Part shown: positions 46,178 to 58,695 of the stretch, one piece after another
Position numbering within the stretch: position 1 is the stretch's first letter
How the letters are laid out: the number at the start of each line of letters is the position of its first letter
DNA from: Albugo candida
Taxonomy: Eukaryota
DNA: 64,000 bases
Assembly (NCBI GenBank): GCA_040437565.1
Contig: JBDOQK010000015.1
Location: forward strand, 310,001-374,000
Direction of reading: 5' to 3'
The notes under the pieces: generated by a model
Databases searched by the model: none
The model's input: only the letters and a program-made list of their open reading frames with translations
Told to the model about the DNA's origin: nothing
Program-made: the position numbers and the translations under genes

Positions 46178-48312
46178 CTATCTTCTTCGTCGAAATACAC
46201 TTGGAGCAGATGATAATGCTGTGTTCAGACGATTGAACGACTCTGAAGAATCGAAATTCTCTTTCCACCTGCCACCGGACGAATACTTCTGATGTTTTGT
46301 GGATTTTGTGTGTTCAGACATATACTCTGAGTCTGGATTTCCGTGATATCCATTCGAACTGTATGAAGATCTGTCATTTCCAGAGTTGTATACAGGCCTT
46401 GAGCGCTTCCGGCTTTTATCACGAGTTTCGATTTTCGGGCAAGTACTCGAGATGTGACCGTAACCATCACATCGATAGCATTCACCACCTCGAGTTTTGC
46501 TTCGTTCGCTGCATTCTGCCGCGATGTGACCCATGCGGTTACATATGAAACACTTGACGTTGGAGGAGCCGAAAGACGTTATAACATCGCTCAGACGAAT
46601 ACCTTCGCGACGATTTCGGCATCGCTGTGTAAAGTAATTAGTTTGGCGGATTGGAAGACGAACAGCGACCGCACCTTGAGACGATGATTGCCAGCACAAT
46701 TGGGACAATAAAGCCGACGATCAGAAGGTTGTGGAAGTGGTGTGCAATGTGAATGGCCGCTCTTCATGCAGATCATGCATTTAATAGACTTGACATCCTT
46801 GCTTTTTAGGTCGCAAGACTAGAAAATGTGTGAGGTGATGAAGCGTTTATCCAGAGTGAATATATTTACTTCCTCAGTGTGTCCAGCACGTCCACAAACG
46901 TTGCAGTTATTCAGTTGGATTGAACGATTCGAACAGCGCTAACACAAATATGATATCAGATTGCGTTGAATGGATTCTACCGAACATACACTTGCGTTAT
47001 GACCAATTTGTAAACACGAACCACATGGTGTTCTTGGGCAAGCGTATGAGTTGTGACCCGAAATTCCACAGAAGTAACAAGGTTTGAGTAGCTAAAGAGA
47101 GTCGTCAGTGCGCAAGTAATATCGTGGGCTACCTTACCTTTGAATTGGTGCACGCATTCGATAAATGACCTGTCTGACCGCAATTGAAGCATTTGGTAGA
47201 AAGATCTGTCACAAAGTACCGCCTATCAGGTCGCTAGAAAGAAATTAGGCGATGCAACATATGTACAATATTATTCCTACCTTCCGAGTATATGTGTCGC
47301 CCGTTGTTGCTTCTTCTGCGGCGCTCTTCGCATCTAATGGTAGTGGAGGACCGACACAGAGGTCATATTCCGTTGATATATCTTTATCGTCGCTAGTTGT
47401 GTCTTGATTGGCTTCTTGAGACTCTTCTTCAGTAAAGTTGCGAACTCGAGTACCAAAGTCAGATAAAATATGATCATTCAGCGGCTCTATCGGCAGCTCT
47501 TGTAGTTTGCTTGCTAGCATTTCTTCTCTTCCTTTTCGCGAAGTCAAAAAACGTTCTATGGCCCACTTCGAAAGTTTCACAGTGCTTTCCGCAAACTTTT
47601 CTTCAGGCACATCATCTAATTTTTTCTCCTCTACTTCTTCACTTTGTTCTTCCTTATCCTTGCAACTCCTGAATGCCGCAACGCCATGGGACCGTGGATC
47701 CGATGGATCCAATAAATGATCGATTTCAGCTTCTTCTCCATCCTCCACGTCNNNNNNNNNNNNNNNNNNNNNNNNNNNNNNNNNNNNNNNNNNNNNNNNN
47801 NNNNNNNNNNNNNNNNNNNNNNNNNNNNNNNNNNNNNNNNNNNNNNNNNNNGTTGCTTCTTCTGCGGCGCTCTTCGCATCTAATGGTAGTGGAGGACCGA
47901 CACAGAGGTCATATTCCGTTGATATATCTTTATCGTCGCTAGTTGTGTCTTGATTGGCTTCTTGAGACTCTTCTTCAGTAAAGTTGCGAACTCGAGTACC
48001 AAAGTCAGATAAAATATGATCATTCAGCGGCTCTATCGGCAGCTCTTGTAGTTTGCTTGCTAGCATTTCTTCTCTTCCTTTTCGCGAAGTCAAAAAACGT
48101 TCTATGGCCCACTTCGAAAGTTTCACAGTGCTTTCCGCAAACTTTTCTTCAGGCACATCATCTAATTTTTTCTCCTCTACTTCTTCACTTTGTTCTTCCT
48201 TATCCTTGCAACTCCTGAATGCCGCAACGCCATGGGACCGTGGATCCGATGGATCCAATAAATGATCGATTTCAGCTTCTTCTCCATCCTCCACGTCCGA
48301 GACGTCACTCAT
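46178..48312 (-). CDS. CCHC zinc-knuckle protein (Air1/2, ZCCHC7-like), multi-exon
   Basis: RYFVTDLSTKCFNCGQTGH, CNVCGRAGH, CMICMKSGH, YCPNCAGNH, CFICNRMGHIAAEC and CYRCDGYGHISSTC; acidic N-terminus from ATG 48312. Internal artefactual duplication at gap 47752-47851. Confidence 0.8.
47306..48297. repeat. Apparently exact duplication 47306-47751 / 47852-48297 around 100-N gap
   Basis: Same sequence at offset 546. Confidence 0.92.
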
Positions 48313-48471
48313 CTCAACACATAAAACAGGTACATCCTCGCCTATATATCCCAACATGCTATCTCGGGCCAACGATTGCGACGCAAATAGGTCTTGACAG
48401 ATTGGACAAAAGTGTGAGATATTATCAGCCAATCCAATTCTAATTCTTGCAGTGCATTTGGAGGCCGCAAA

Positions 48472-48750
48472 ATGACGTCAATTGATGAACCTTTAGATCT
48501 GGTTAAATTGAGTATTGGAGAACGTATTTATGTGAAATGTCGTGGAGATCGTGAATTGCGTGGCGTACTCCACGCTTATGATCAACATTTGAATATGGTA
48601 CTTAGTGAAGTCGAAGAAACAGTCACAGTACAAGAACTCGATGAAGAAACTTATGAAGAAATCATCAAGCAGTCCAAACGACAAATAGAAATGCTTTTCA
48701 TACGAGGAGATGCAGTTATCCTCGTGGCTCCACCACTACGTACAACGTGA
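48472..48750 (+). CDS. LSM3: U6 snRNA-associated Sm-like protein LSm3
   Basis: [39 protein letters not shown]...[15 protein letters not shown]. Confidence 0.96.
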   Translation: MTSIDEPLDLVKLSIGERIYVKCRGDRELRGVLHAYDQHLNMVLSEVEETVTVQELDEETYEEIIKQSKRQIEMLFIRGDAVILVAPPLRTT

Positions 48751-48787
48751 TGGCATCAAGAGAGAAATATCGCCATCTAAATTCGAT

Positions 48788-49486
48788 TTAACATTCATCA
48801 AATTTCCTTTCTCTACGAGCTTCAAGCACCCGTTGTTCAAATTGTAAAATCTCGTGTTCAACTAACCGAGAATAGAAGTCTCTTTCGTTCTTCTCTTTTA
48901 TCTTCTCTCTTGTGGATAATTGCGAGCAAGACTGTGAGTGTTTTGAGCGCGATCGAGTTGATGCAAAAGATTCTATGGAAGCCACCGAGGCGGAGGCAAG
49001 ATTGCAGCCAGTCGGTGTCGTGCGTGAGTTTCTCTTCAATTCTTTGTTAGCGTCAAATATCCAATGATTACTCGCCCTTAGACGTTCCTCCTTCGCTTTT
49101 GTTTCACTCAGTAACATTCGTCGTTCCAAATCGATTGCCTCGCGAAGTTTTCTTCGTACATTGATGTCGTACACAAAATCCACCGGCAAGTCGACCATTG
49201 TTTTCTTAGTTGGAAGAGCTGGTGCCGGTATCTTCTTGATGCGCGCACGAGTTTTTCTGACTCTGCTTGGGCAATGCGCTTTAGAGACAGGAGGGACAAA
49301 ATCGTCCGAGATCCGCACCATTTTTCCAAAAGCTGTGCGTGTCCATTCCAGTCTCTTCTCGGTCAATATTGCTTCCTCTATCTCGTCTTGTCTATTGCCT
49401 ACACTCAGAGCAATATCAGTCAGTTTAGTTGGACTCCTTCTCCGGTATGAGAAACACCTTTGTTGCTCAGATCTCGCAACGTCCAT
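48788..49486 (-). CDS. Hypothetical basic protein
   Basis: 232-aa ATG-initiated ORF filling the gap between LSm3 and the next gene; no recognised domain. Confidence 0.55.
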   Translation of the reverse strand: MDVARSEQQRCFSYRRRSPTKLTDIALSVGNRQDEIEEAILTEKRLEWTRTAFGKMVRISDDFVPPVSKAHCPSRVRKTRARIKKIPAPALPTKKTMVDLPVDFVYDINVRRKLREAIDLERRMLLSETKAKEERLRASNHWIFDANKELKRNSRTTPTGCNLASASVASIESFASTRSRSKHSQSCSQLSTREKIKEKNERDFYSRLVEHEILQFEQRVLEARRERKFDEC

Positions 49487-50423
49487 CCTCGAGCATACTC
49501 GAAATCATTTAGCTCTACGATGAATGCGTCAGAAAATTCTCATCGTGTTATGTCGATATTGGTACCTTTGGAGGAGCTTGGTCGCGAAGATTTCGTCATG
49601 GTGAGGTTCGGACGATTGTTATCTATAAAAAGGTAACTAGACGTAACGTCGGGGTTCAAAAGTCTTGAGGCTTTCAGTCACAATAATTTCCGAGTGAATT
49701 GGCCAAATGATGGGACTTGGAAGTAAAGATGTATCCGATCCATCGTCTAGACAAAGAAGTGACACGAGATCTTTCCACTCTGCGAACGAAATGCCAGTAG
49801 ATAACTCGAGATTCAAACGATCTTGAGCGTGTGAAGAATAAAAATGTTCCCAGAACCAAAGTAATTTGCGGAAATTCAAAGCTTCGGGTTCTCGTGCCTT
49901 GANNNNNNNNNNNNNNNNNNNNNNNNNNNNNNNNNNNNNNNNNNNNNNNNNNNNNNNNNNNNNNNNNNNNNNNNNNNNNNNNNNNNNNNNNNNNNNNNNN
50001 NNTCCATCCTCGAGCATACTCGAAATCATTTAGCTCTACGATGAATGCGTCAGAAAATTCTCATCGTGTTATGTCGATATTGGTACCTTTGGAGGAGCTT
50101 GGTCGCGAAGATTTCGTCATGGTGAGGTTCGGACGATTGTTATCTATAAAAAGGTAACTAGACGTAACGTCGGGGTTCAAAAGTCTTGAGGCTTTCAGTC
50201 ACAATAATTTCCGAGTGAATTGGCCAAATGATGGGACTTGGAAGTAAAGATGTATCCGATCCATCGTCTAGACAAAGAAGTGACACGAGATCTTTCCACT
50301 CTGCGAACGAAATGCCAGTAGATAACTCGAGATTCAAACGATCTTGAGCGTGTGAAGAATAAAAATGTTCCCAGAACCAAAGTAATTTGCGGAAATTCAA
50401 AGCTTCGGGTTCTCGTGCCTTGA
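49482..50423. repeat. Apparently exact duplication 49482-49902 / 50003-50423 around 100-N gap
   Basis: Same sequence at offset 521. Confidence 0.92.
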
Positions 50424-53400
50424 GATGGACTTTGGCGTCAGAGCGCTTTTTTCCAATTTTGTCTAATGTGGGTACCAAGCAACCTTGACGATGCTGAAGG
50501 ATCAGTATCAGTATTGCAGTGTTCAAACAGCTCATATTTCGGTAGCTGACATCTTCAATTGAGACAGTATTCACGAGGTCGTACACTATCGAGGCCGCAT
50601 TTACATGTAAATAGCCACTCACTTGCTTCATAGATACGTGGAATTGATCAATGTCAAAGTGATCGATGAATACACATTGACCAAGAGTGTCGAGTAATTC
50701 ATCCGAGGCTTGTATATTACGCGCGCGTTCCGCCGCAAGGTACATAGATCGAAGTAAAAGATTGGATTGAAGTAAATTGTCCCTCACCATCGCTGCATTT
50801 GAATGAAGTATGCATGAGCAATGGTTAATAAAAGAAGTGAGCACGTACCCACAATGTTCTTGAAGTGATCGTTTGACTCACTTAATAATATCGGTAATGC
50901 GATCCAGTCTCCTTTGATCAGTTCGCCTAGCACATCAAGCATATGGTGGATGGATGGCTTTGTTTGGATGTAATGCACGCTTGCATTTAAGGTCGTGAAG
51001 CGTGAGATTCGAGGCAATGCCCTGCGAGTCAAAAACAGCTTTTCCTCCACACTTGCTTGCCTCATGATTGCTTGGATGCAGATAGACAGCCACGCCCAAT
51101 GCACAGACTCCCTCGGCTCACGAACGAATCTCCGAATGAGTTTACATAGAAGCTTTTTCTTCTTCGCATTGCATGAAGTTGCTCGAGGATGCTTTTCCCC
51201 ACTATCCTGATATCTTGAGCCGTAGAAATCGGCATTCATCATGCCGCATTCGCAGACAACGAGAAGCAGCTGGAGATATTGCATCTTTACACGAGCATCC
51301 TGGCAGCATTTGCACGAACTTTCATGTGGTATCATATCCCCATTACCGAAACATTTAGACTTCCAGTCCACGTGGTCAAAGTATATGTTCATTATCTCCA
51401 TAAAGCCCATAGAGATAAGACGCTGCTTGAAATCTACTTTGCGATTTCCGCTGAGTAAAATCGATAGAAGAAATAACACATCCACCCGAAATGCCGAAAG
51501 ATAAGTGGCTTTTAAGAACAAAGGTCGATCCGGGCTTTCGGAAGAAAATCGCAGGTGACTTAAACTGTCTGATAATTCCAAATCGGAGCCTACTACATGA
51601 TTGCCGGAAAGCATTCTTTGTGAGATAGATTCCATCATTTCCCAATCGTCACGTTCGTGGTCTTGGTCATAATATGGCATGATACTGGTTGAATTGAGGA
51701 ACAAGCCGAAAGAGCTGTCATTGGCAGCTAGATCTGTAAACCAACACTGAGCCTTCAGAACCAGCAGAACGCGCTGGATTGTCAGTGAAGAATTATAAAT
51801 GAGCGCATGGTTGCGGTCAATCACATTCTTTATTCGTAAAAGTCGTCTCCTTCGTAGCCTCAACCATTCAATCGACCTGACTTTATCTATCGTCACAGTG
51901 AAGAGTAATAAATTCAAGACATTCTGTCATTATTAAATAACGCACGTACTCGGGTTCTCCATCAGTTGCCGATCTCTCGGGTCAACCAAAATGAGTCCAA
52001 GAATCCGACAAAAAGAAGCAAATCGATGTGACGGAAGTGAGCGAATGAGTGTATTGAAGTTGGCTGTATGTAATAGCACTTTGATCAGCACTTGCAAAAT
52101 TTCATAGCTTTTAGGCACTTACGAACAGAGCAGAGATCGAATGGATTTTTACGAACAGCAAAGACGAGTTCCAATAGCATAAATACTGGTTGGTATAGTG
52201 CGTCGGAGTCCAAGAAATGAAAAATGTATGCAACAAATCCATCCTTTTCACTTAGCCATTCTGATACTTTGACTGACGTCTGACAGAGAGTCAGCAAGAT
52301 CAACTATCGAGGCAAACAAGACCATGAAGCACCNNNNNNNNNNNNNNNNNNNNNNNNNNNNNNNNNNNNNNNNNNNNNNNNNNNNNNNNNNNNNNNNNNN
52401 NNNNNNNNNNNNNNNNNNNNNNNNNNNNNNNNNGTATGCAACAAATCCATCCTTTTCACTTAGCCATTCTGATACTTTGACTGACGTCTGACAGAGAGTC
52501 AGCAAGATCAACTATCGAGGCAAACAAGACCATGAAGCACCGATGAGGAAGAAATAAAGTCGAAAACGTACAATTGTATACTTCGTGCATACTTCATTCG
52601 AATGGTCTTGATTTTGCTGGTAGGGATCCAGGTTCGATGAGGCGAACGGGTTATCCCAAAATGAACGAATATCGTTCCGATTAAGCATATTTCGGTGTAG
52701 AATATGTGAGTCATTTGTTGCTGAATTGTTTTTAATTTGACAGCCATTTTCGAAAAGACTTGCCGTATGAGCTCGCTTTTTATTTTCCTGACGAATCATA
52801 AAAAATGTTCGTAACAAGCATTCGACGCCTCCAAGTAAAATAAACTCCTCGCAAGAAGCATGCACCGGAACTCTGGTTCTTGATTGAGGGTCGGAGGAAG
52901 CACCTGTTGAATCGATGGAAGATTTGGTGATCACATTGTCGACGTCGACCAGCAAGCTGGTCAGTGACATCAAAACGGAGCATGAAGGCATTTCATCCAG
53001 AATGTCATAAATGTCTCGAATGAGCCTCAAACAGGAATTACATAGCTTTTGTCGTAAAATGTCTCTTCCATATGCTGAATCATTGACAGAGTGCAGCCAA
53101 GTGGAAGTGTTTTGATCGTCCGTTTCGTAAAAGACAACAAGCGGATACCTGGGGGAAGGATTTTCATACCAGTGAGAGTCTGATTTTGGTAAGGATTCTG
53201 TTTGAATCACAGCCAGTTCATTTTCGATGGTATATTGCATAAACGAATGAGATAAATCAGCAATCGTCTGCACTTTGATTCGACGTCCACGTAGCTTCCA
53301 CGATGTTCCTTCCGCAATGTAATGAATTGGTAGAACGCTACTACCAGTCTTTTGCATCTCATTGACCAGACGAAACATTGTATACTTCTCCGCCTTGGCA

Positions 53401-53447
53401 TGATTCCTGAGCTTGCTCGAGCTGGCCCTCAAGCTGCAGCGTTCCAT
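50158..53447 (-). CDS. TRPC4AP/TRUSS-like (DUF3689) protein, multi-exon
   Basis: KMQYLQLL, LDVLGELIK, NMSCLNTAILILIL and NFRKLLWFWEHFY...DRLNLELSTGISFAEWKDLVSLL match the conserved TRPC4AP C-terminal pattern. Confidence 0.75.
52226..52541. repeat. Exact overlap 52226-52333 / 52434-52541 around 100-N gap
   Basis: Same sequence at offset 208. Confidence 0.9.
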
Positions 53448-53700
53448 TTCGAATGTTGTCCCTCACTCATTTTATATATAGATACATAATGTATGCGATG
53501 TGAAAGTATATAAAACGCTGACTACTTTACAGTAGTNNNNNNNNNNNNNNNNNNNNNNNNNNNNNNNNNNNNNNNNNNNNNNNNNNNNNNNNNNNNNNNN
53601 NNNNNNNNNNNNNNNNNNNNNNNNNNNNNNNNNNNNATAAAGATACATAAACTATGCGATGTGACCATATATAAAACGTTGACTATTTTACAGTAGTGCC

Positions 53701-54826
53701 ATGGATGTGGAAATCACCGCACCGCCGACCGACGGAATTACTTGTGTGCGATACTGCCCAAATAGCAAGAAATCACTCTTGTTAGTATCATCATGGGATT
53801 CCTTCCTCCGTGTATACGATGGAGCGAATCTCCACACGCAAATTGAGCTCGAAACCGCGCTTTTATCATGTTGTTTTGGTGCTACCGATTCCGAAGCATT
53901 CACCGGCGGATTGGATGGGACACTATATCGAGTGGACCTTTCCACGCGAGGAAGAAAATCAATTGGCTCGCACAAAGGCACTATTCGACACGTACACTAC
54001 ACAAATGACTATCATCTCCTCTGTACTGGTGGCTGGGATTCCATGATTCAGTTTTATGACGTGCGGAACAAAGATGCGTTTGCATCGAGTACAAAATGCG
54101 ATGGAAAAGTATTTGGAATGGATGTGAGAAGCCACCTCGCTGTCGTTGCGACCTCAGAACGGAAAGTGAGTGTTTACGATTTGAGGCAATCGAAACAGCC
54201 GGTCGAAACGTATGAGTCGCCTTTGAAGTATCAAACGAGATGCATCAGTATTTTTCCATCTTTGGATGGGTACGTTATTGGATCGATCGAAGGACGCGTG
54301 GCGCTGGACTTTTTCTCAGATCGACAAAAGGAGGACAGTGACGAGCAAAAGGAAGAAACAAAAGCGACAAAAAAACTCTCCTACGCATTCAAATGTCATC
54401 GTACCAAAATCGATCAAGATCAGGTGTTGGTGTATCCAGTGAATGCGATCGCTTTCCATCCCGTACATGAAACCTTTGCCACTGGAGGATGCGATGGCGT
54501 CGTGAACGTGTGGGACGGTCAGAGCAAAAAGCGCATCCATCAGCTGAGTAGTTATCCCACGAGGTACGAACACTTGCATTGTGTGCGATTCTTCATTCAT
54601 GTTATTGTGATAGTATTGCGGCTATGGATTTCAATTCGGACGGTTCGACGTTGGCGATTGCATCTTCGTACACGTATGAAGAAGGAGAAAAAGAGTACGT
54701 TCCCATCGTCACCTCAGCAATATTGCCATTAACATGTGTGATTTTAGTCACCCCAGCGATGCAATCTTCCTTCATACTGTGCAAGAAGGCGAAGTTCGAC
54801 CAAAAAAGAAGGCTGTCGCTGCCTAG
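53701..54826 (+). CDS. BUB3: Mitotic checkpoint WD40 protein Bub3
   Basis: LLVSSWD, ESPLKYQTRC, GSIEGRVA, YAFKCHR and YPVNAIAFHPVHETFATGGCDG. Two 3' introns; ends ...EVRPKKKAVAA at TAG 54824-54826. Confidence 0.92.
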
Positions 54827-54985
54827 ATGCTTGTGCATGGCAATAGGATCGGACATTAATTTAAATAGAAATACTTTGAATGGCCATGAAATCCTCAACT
54901 CGATGCTTTCTATCTCTGGACGATCGTATTCCTGCTTGATTCTTGTAACCGATGATGCGTCCAAGCGTCGGCAGATGAAGAATCG

Positions 54986-57973
54986 ATGATGGAATCTGAA
55001 GGAAGACACGGAACAATGTTCATCATGAACGGAAAGGGAGGTGGGGAACTGACAACTCTGCATCAATTCCAAAACGAAAACGTTTCCGGAATGTCAGGTG
55101 CCTATGGATCAATCGCCATACTTACAGATGCTCCCGAATTGATGTGGGTCATCCGCCACCCAGATCATCACTACAAAGCGGTTGAGGATGTCCAAATTCA
55201 GCAAATCGCTTTCGGGAGATCACATATTTTGATGCTTTCAAATGGAAAAGTGTATTCTTCTGGATCTGGTCGAAAAGCGGCCTATCGAATCCACTTTCTC
55301 GGAAAAGTACGAGCCAAAACTCAAGCAATCATTGATGTTCAGAATAGGACGCAGGATGCGCTGATGAAATGCATCACAGAGAAATTCACCTGCAAATTTA
55401 TTAAAATCGCTGCTGGAGCGTATCACTCTGCTGCCATCACTGAAAATGGGGAATTGTACACTTGGGGACGGAATTTTGAAGGTCAGTTGGGCCACGGAAG
55501 ACCAGAGCTTCACAAGGATCATTATATTGGAATTGGCTTTTGCGCCTGGCCAAAATACGTCCAGGCATTCTACTCCAAACCTGCTGTGCAAGACGTTTGT
55601 TGTGGCGATGCCTTTACAATGGTATTGCTGCGTAGTGGAGCTGTCTATCGATTTGGTGAGCATATGGCTGGAAGCGGGAAGGCGAGAGATTGCAAGGACG
55701 AAAACAGCTCTCATCTTTGTATCGTCATTGAGAAAGGATCAGACAATGCGCCATTTTGCAAAATAACCGCTGGATCCAACCATGGTTTATTACTGACACG
55801 GAATGGGGAAGCCTTTGCTACTGGTTTCAATACATCTGGTCAGTTGGGAGTTTGTCAGGATCGAGTTCCAGTAGTGATTTTGCACGCCGTCCGAGTTGAT
55901 TCCACACAGATTTGGAGAGATGTCTTTGCGGGTGGCAACACAAGCGCGGCAATCACAGATGACGGAAAAGTGTTCCTGTGGGGTAGCCATACGTTCTCTA
56001 AGTCCGGTCGCCACAAGCCTTCTTGCGCACACAATTGGCGGTGTGTCCCCACAGAAATCAAAGCTCTGCAGTCCGCGTATATCTCAAAGGTGCTATGTGG
56101 TCCGAATGGAGTTCTTTTCTTTGCGCCCTCAAATATAATGTCACTTGAGCCTACTTGTGGAGATATCGCCGGAGGATACGAACTGATAATTCGTGGAAGT
56201 GGCTTTTCGAGTAGCGAAAGTCTCACCGCTCGGTTCATTCCACTGACAGAAGGACGGCTTGTGCGTGGAAGTGTGGCTGAATACAATGCTGCATCTGGCA
56301 CAATACGATGCCAAGTACCGTCATTCAAGGTGCCCGGCCGATTTGCTGTGGAAGTCGCTTTGAACGGGAAAGACTTTACCGGTAATGGGTGCATTTTTGA
56401 GGCGTATGAAACACCGAAAATCGTCGGAATGGCAATCGCTGAGACCAGAATCAGTGAAAAGGAGTCTTTTTGGCTCAGAACCGCAGGACCCGTACCAGAG
56501 TTCCATCCTCCATTGCTTCGATTGGTGGCAGCTGCAGAAAGTAAACAATCTTTGAAAGGATGGCCTCTTTCGTTGGAATTGGTAGGCAATATCCAGCGAA
56601 TGGACAAAGAGGAACATCTGGCAATGAATGAAAAGATCTATTTCACTCTTTCAGAATGGAGCCACGTTCAGCTTGACAATTACTCGCCGCCGGGAATGCT
56701 GTACAATCTCGAGCTATCTTTCAACAGTGGCGCTCAATTTCAACCCATTCTATGCAACAAGAAAGCCGACAGTGTGGTCGCACAGTCTATTTACATGCAT
56801 TCCACGCAGATTGAGAGAATCAGTCCGAATGCATTCGTACTCGATCTCTCGCATGAATTTGATGTGATTCTCAGTCATTATGATTCCGTACTCGTAATCA
56901 CAAGCGCTGAGCTTCGATCTCGAGAGGACATGTGCAAAATCCCACTGCGAGTCGATCGCATGGAGCAATACACACTCAAATGCAGCCTTACTGAAATGGA
57001 TCAATGGGATATTCCAATAGAAATAGAGTCGGTCGATGGGAAGTTGGCTGCAGCGGAGAGATGGATTCAGCTCTGGTGCCAGAAAGGCATGCAGTGTCTT
57101 CCATTTTATATCCATGTTGCCGTGTGCGATCGAAACGTGAGCCTGCCCACAAAATCCATTCAGTCGTCGACAGTTTATGGCATTCTGACCACAGACACTC
57201 CGCCGACTATAATGCCGAATTGTGGCCCATTTACCGGAGGAATAAGTGTTCGCATGTACTCGGCATCCTTTCAGTTTATCGCTGATAATGTGAAAATAGC
57301 GATAGCGGCAGATGATAGTCGAATTGAAATCGATGCGATTTGCGCCTTTGAATCGAAAAATGCCATATCGAGCCATTATGTCGTCTTCGAGATGCCATCG
57401 ATCACAGCGCTGGACACGAATGATGGTCAAATAGAAGATGCGAATTCGGCTCTTGCTGGTAAGAAAGAAGTCGTCGTCTCTGTAGCTCTCGATGGGCAGC
57501 ATTACGCGGAGACAAACGTGGTCTTCACTTATTACAATCCTCCGACACTGCTTGCTTTGGATCCTCGCAAAGTCAAAGCCAGCACAAAGGTGAGACTCAC
57601 AATAGCGTCAGAATTAGCGCCAACAGAAGCATCTCGAGTGCGTCTTACATCCGAAACAAGCGATATCTGCTTAGTAAGAGCTATATGCAGCACGATTTGT
57701 ATGATGTTTTACTTATTTTGAACTCAGGTTGTTCCCATTGCGGTGGAAGAAACGTGCGGATCTGTCAGCTTTTTAATGCCCGAGATACCTAACGTGAGCT
57801 CTCCCGATAATATTTCAGTTGCTTTTGCACTGAATGGACAACACTTTGTGACCACAATGATGGAAGCGACAGCAATAAGCACTAAAAAAACACAGCCACC
57901 CTTGCATGAGAGAACACAACAGACGCAAAACGGGTTGAATCAAGTTCAACCACTTCTGATCTACGAGACATAA
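54986..57973 (+). CDS. RCC1-repeat + IPT/TIG domain protein
   Basis: RCC1 motifs IAAGAYHSAAITENGELYTWGRNFEGQLGHG and ATGFNTSGQLG; IPT motifs LEPTCGDIAGGYELIIRGSGF, VEVALNGKDF, PNCGPFTGG and VSVALDGQHY. Last intron about 57673-57728. Confidence 0.8.
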
Positions 57974-58662
57974 CGCAAGGACACATNNNNNNNNNNNNNN
58001 NNNNNNNNNNNNNNNNNNNNNNNNNNNNNNNNNNNNNNNNNNNNNNNNNNNNNNNNNNNNNNNNNNNNNNNNNNNNNNNNNNNNNNTTACTCTGAGAGTT
58101 GACAGAGCATCGACAGTGTGTAGCATAAGCGCCTATGCTACGGGATATCGAAGCGAGGCGAAGAAGGGTGTTGTCAACGTATCCGGGATCACGGGATCCA
58201 TGATCTTAGCTCTTAAGAAAAGGTGACGAAGGTTTTTCGCACTCTCTTCCCTCGTTTTCGTGTCCATTGTCATTGATCCTATGGATGAATTCTGTCCAGT
58301 GCAGCATCTTAGGATCAGAATGCTCTATGCGCCTTTGTGATGAGACGGCGTAGAAAACCGCATGTTATTTCTGGAAAGTCACTCATGTGTGGGTACTAAA
58401 CCTTACTTCTGAGATGTAGAAATCAGGAATACAACCCACATACAATTTACATTATCTACGCTGCTGTTAACAAGAAAAAACTATAATCTTCTACAGAATA
58501 TATCAATAAAGTATACTTTTGTCAGAATATTTGTGCATATGTTCTGTACACACTCCTTCCTATCCACGTGTATGATGGCCGATTTTTACATGCGCCTCGA
58601 CCAGCTGCTCGCCATATGTTGACGTCAATTCCAAGCATGATACTCCACCCCACAATTTATCA

Positions 58663-58677
58663 TCATTTCGAAATTTT
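58663..58677 (+). promoter_or_regulatory. Putative oomycete initiator/FPR core promoter element
   Basis: TCATTTCGAAATTTT fits TCATTYBNNNWTTY, about 20 nt upstream of the GH81 ATG. Confidence 0.4.
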
Positions 58678-58695
58678 ACTTAAAAAGGAAGAGAC

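Noticed and set aside
47245-48432. 395-aa ORF with duplicated acidic domain
   Set aside because: Artefact of the overlap around gap 47752-47851.
49637-49902. Extra copy of the TRPC4AP-like 3' end
   Set aside because: Identical overlap flanking gap 49903-50002.
55855-57502. Two 250-aa antisense ORFs within the RCC1-IPT gene
   Set aside because: Shadow frames of a long coding sequence with no domain signal.
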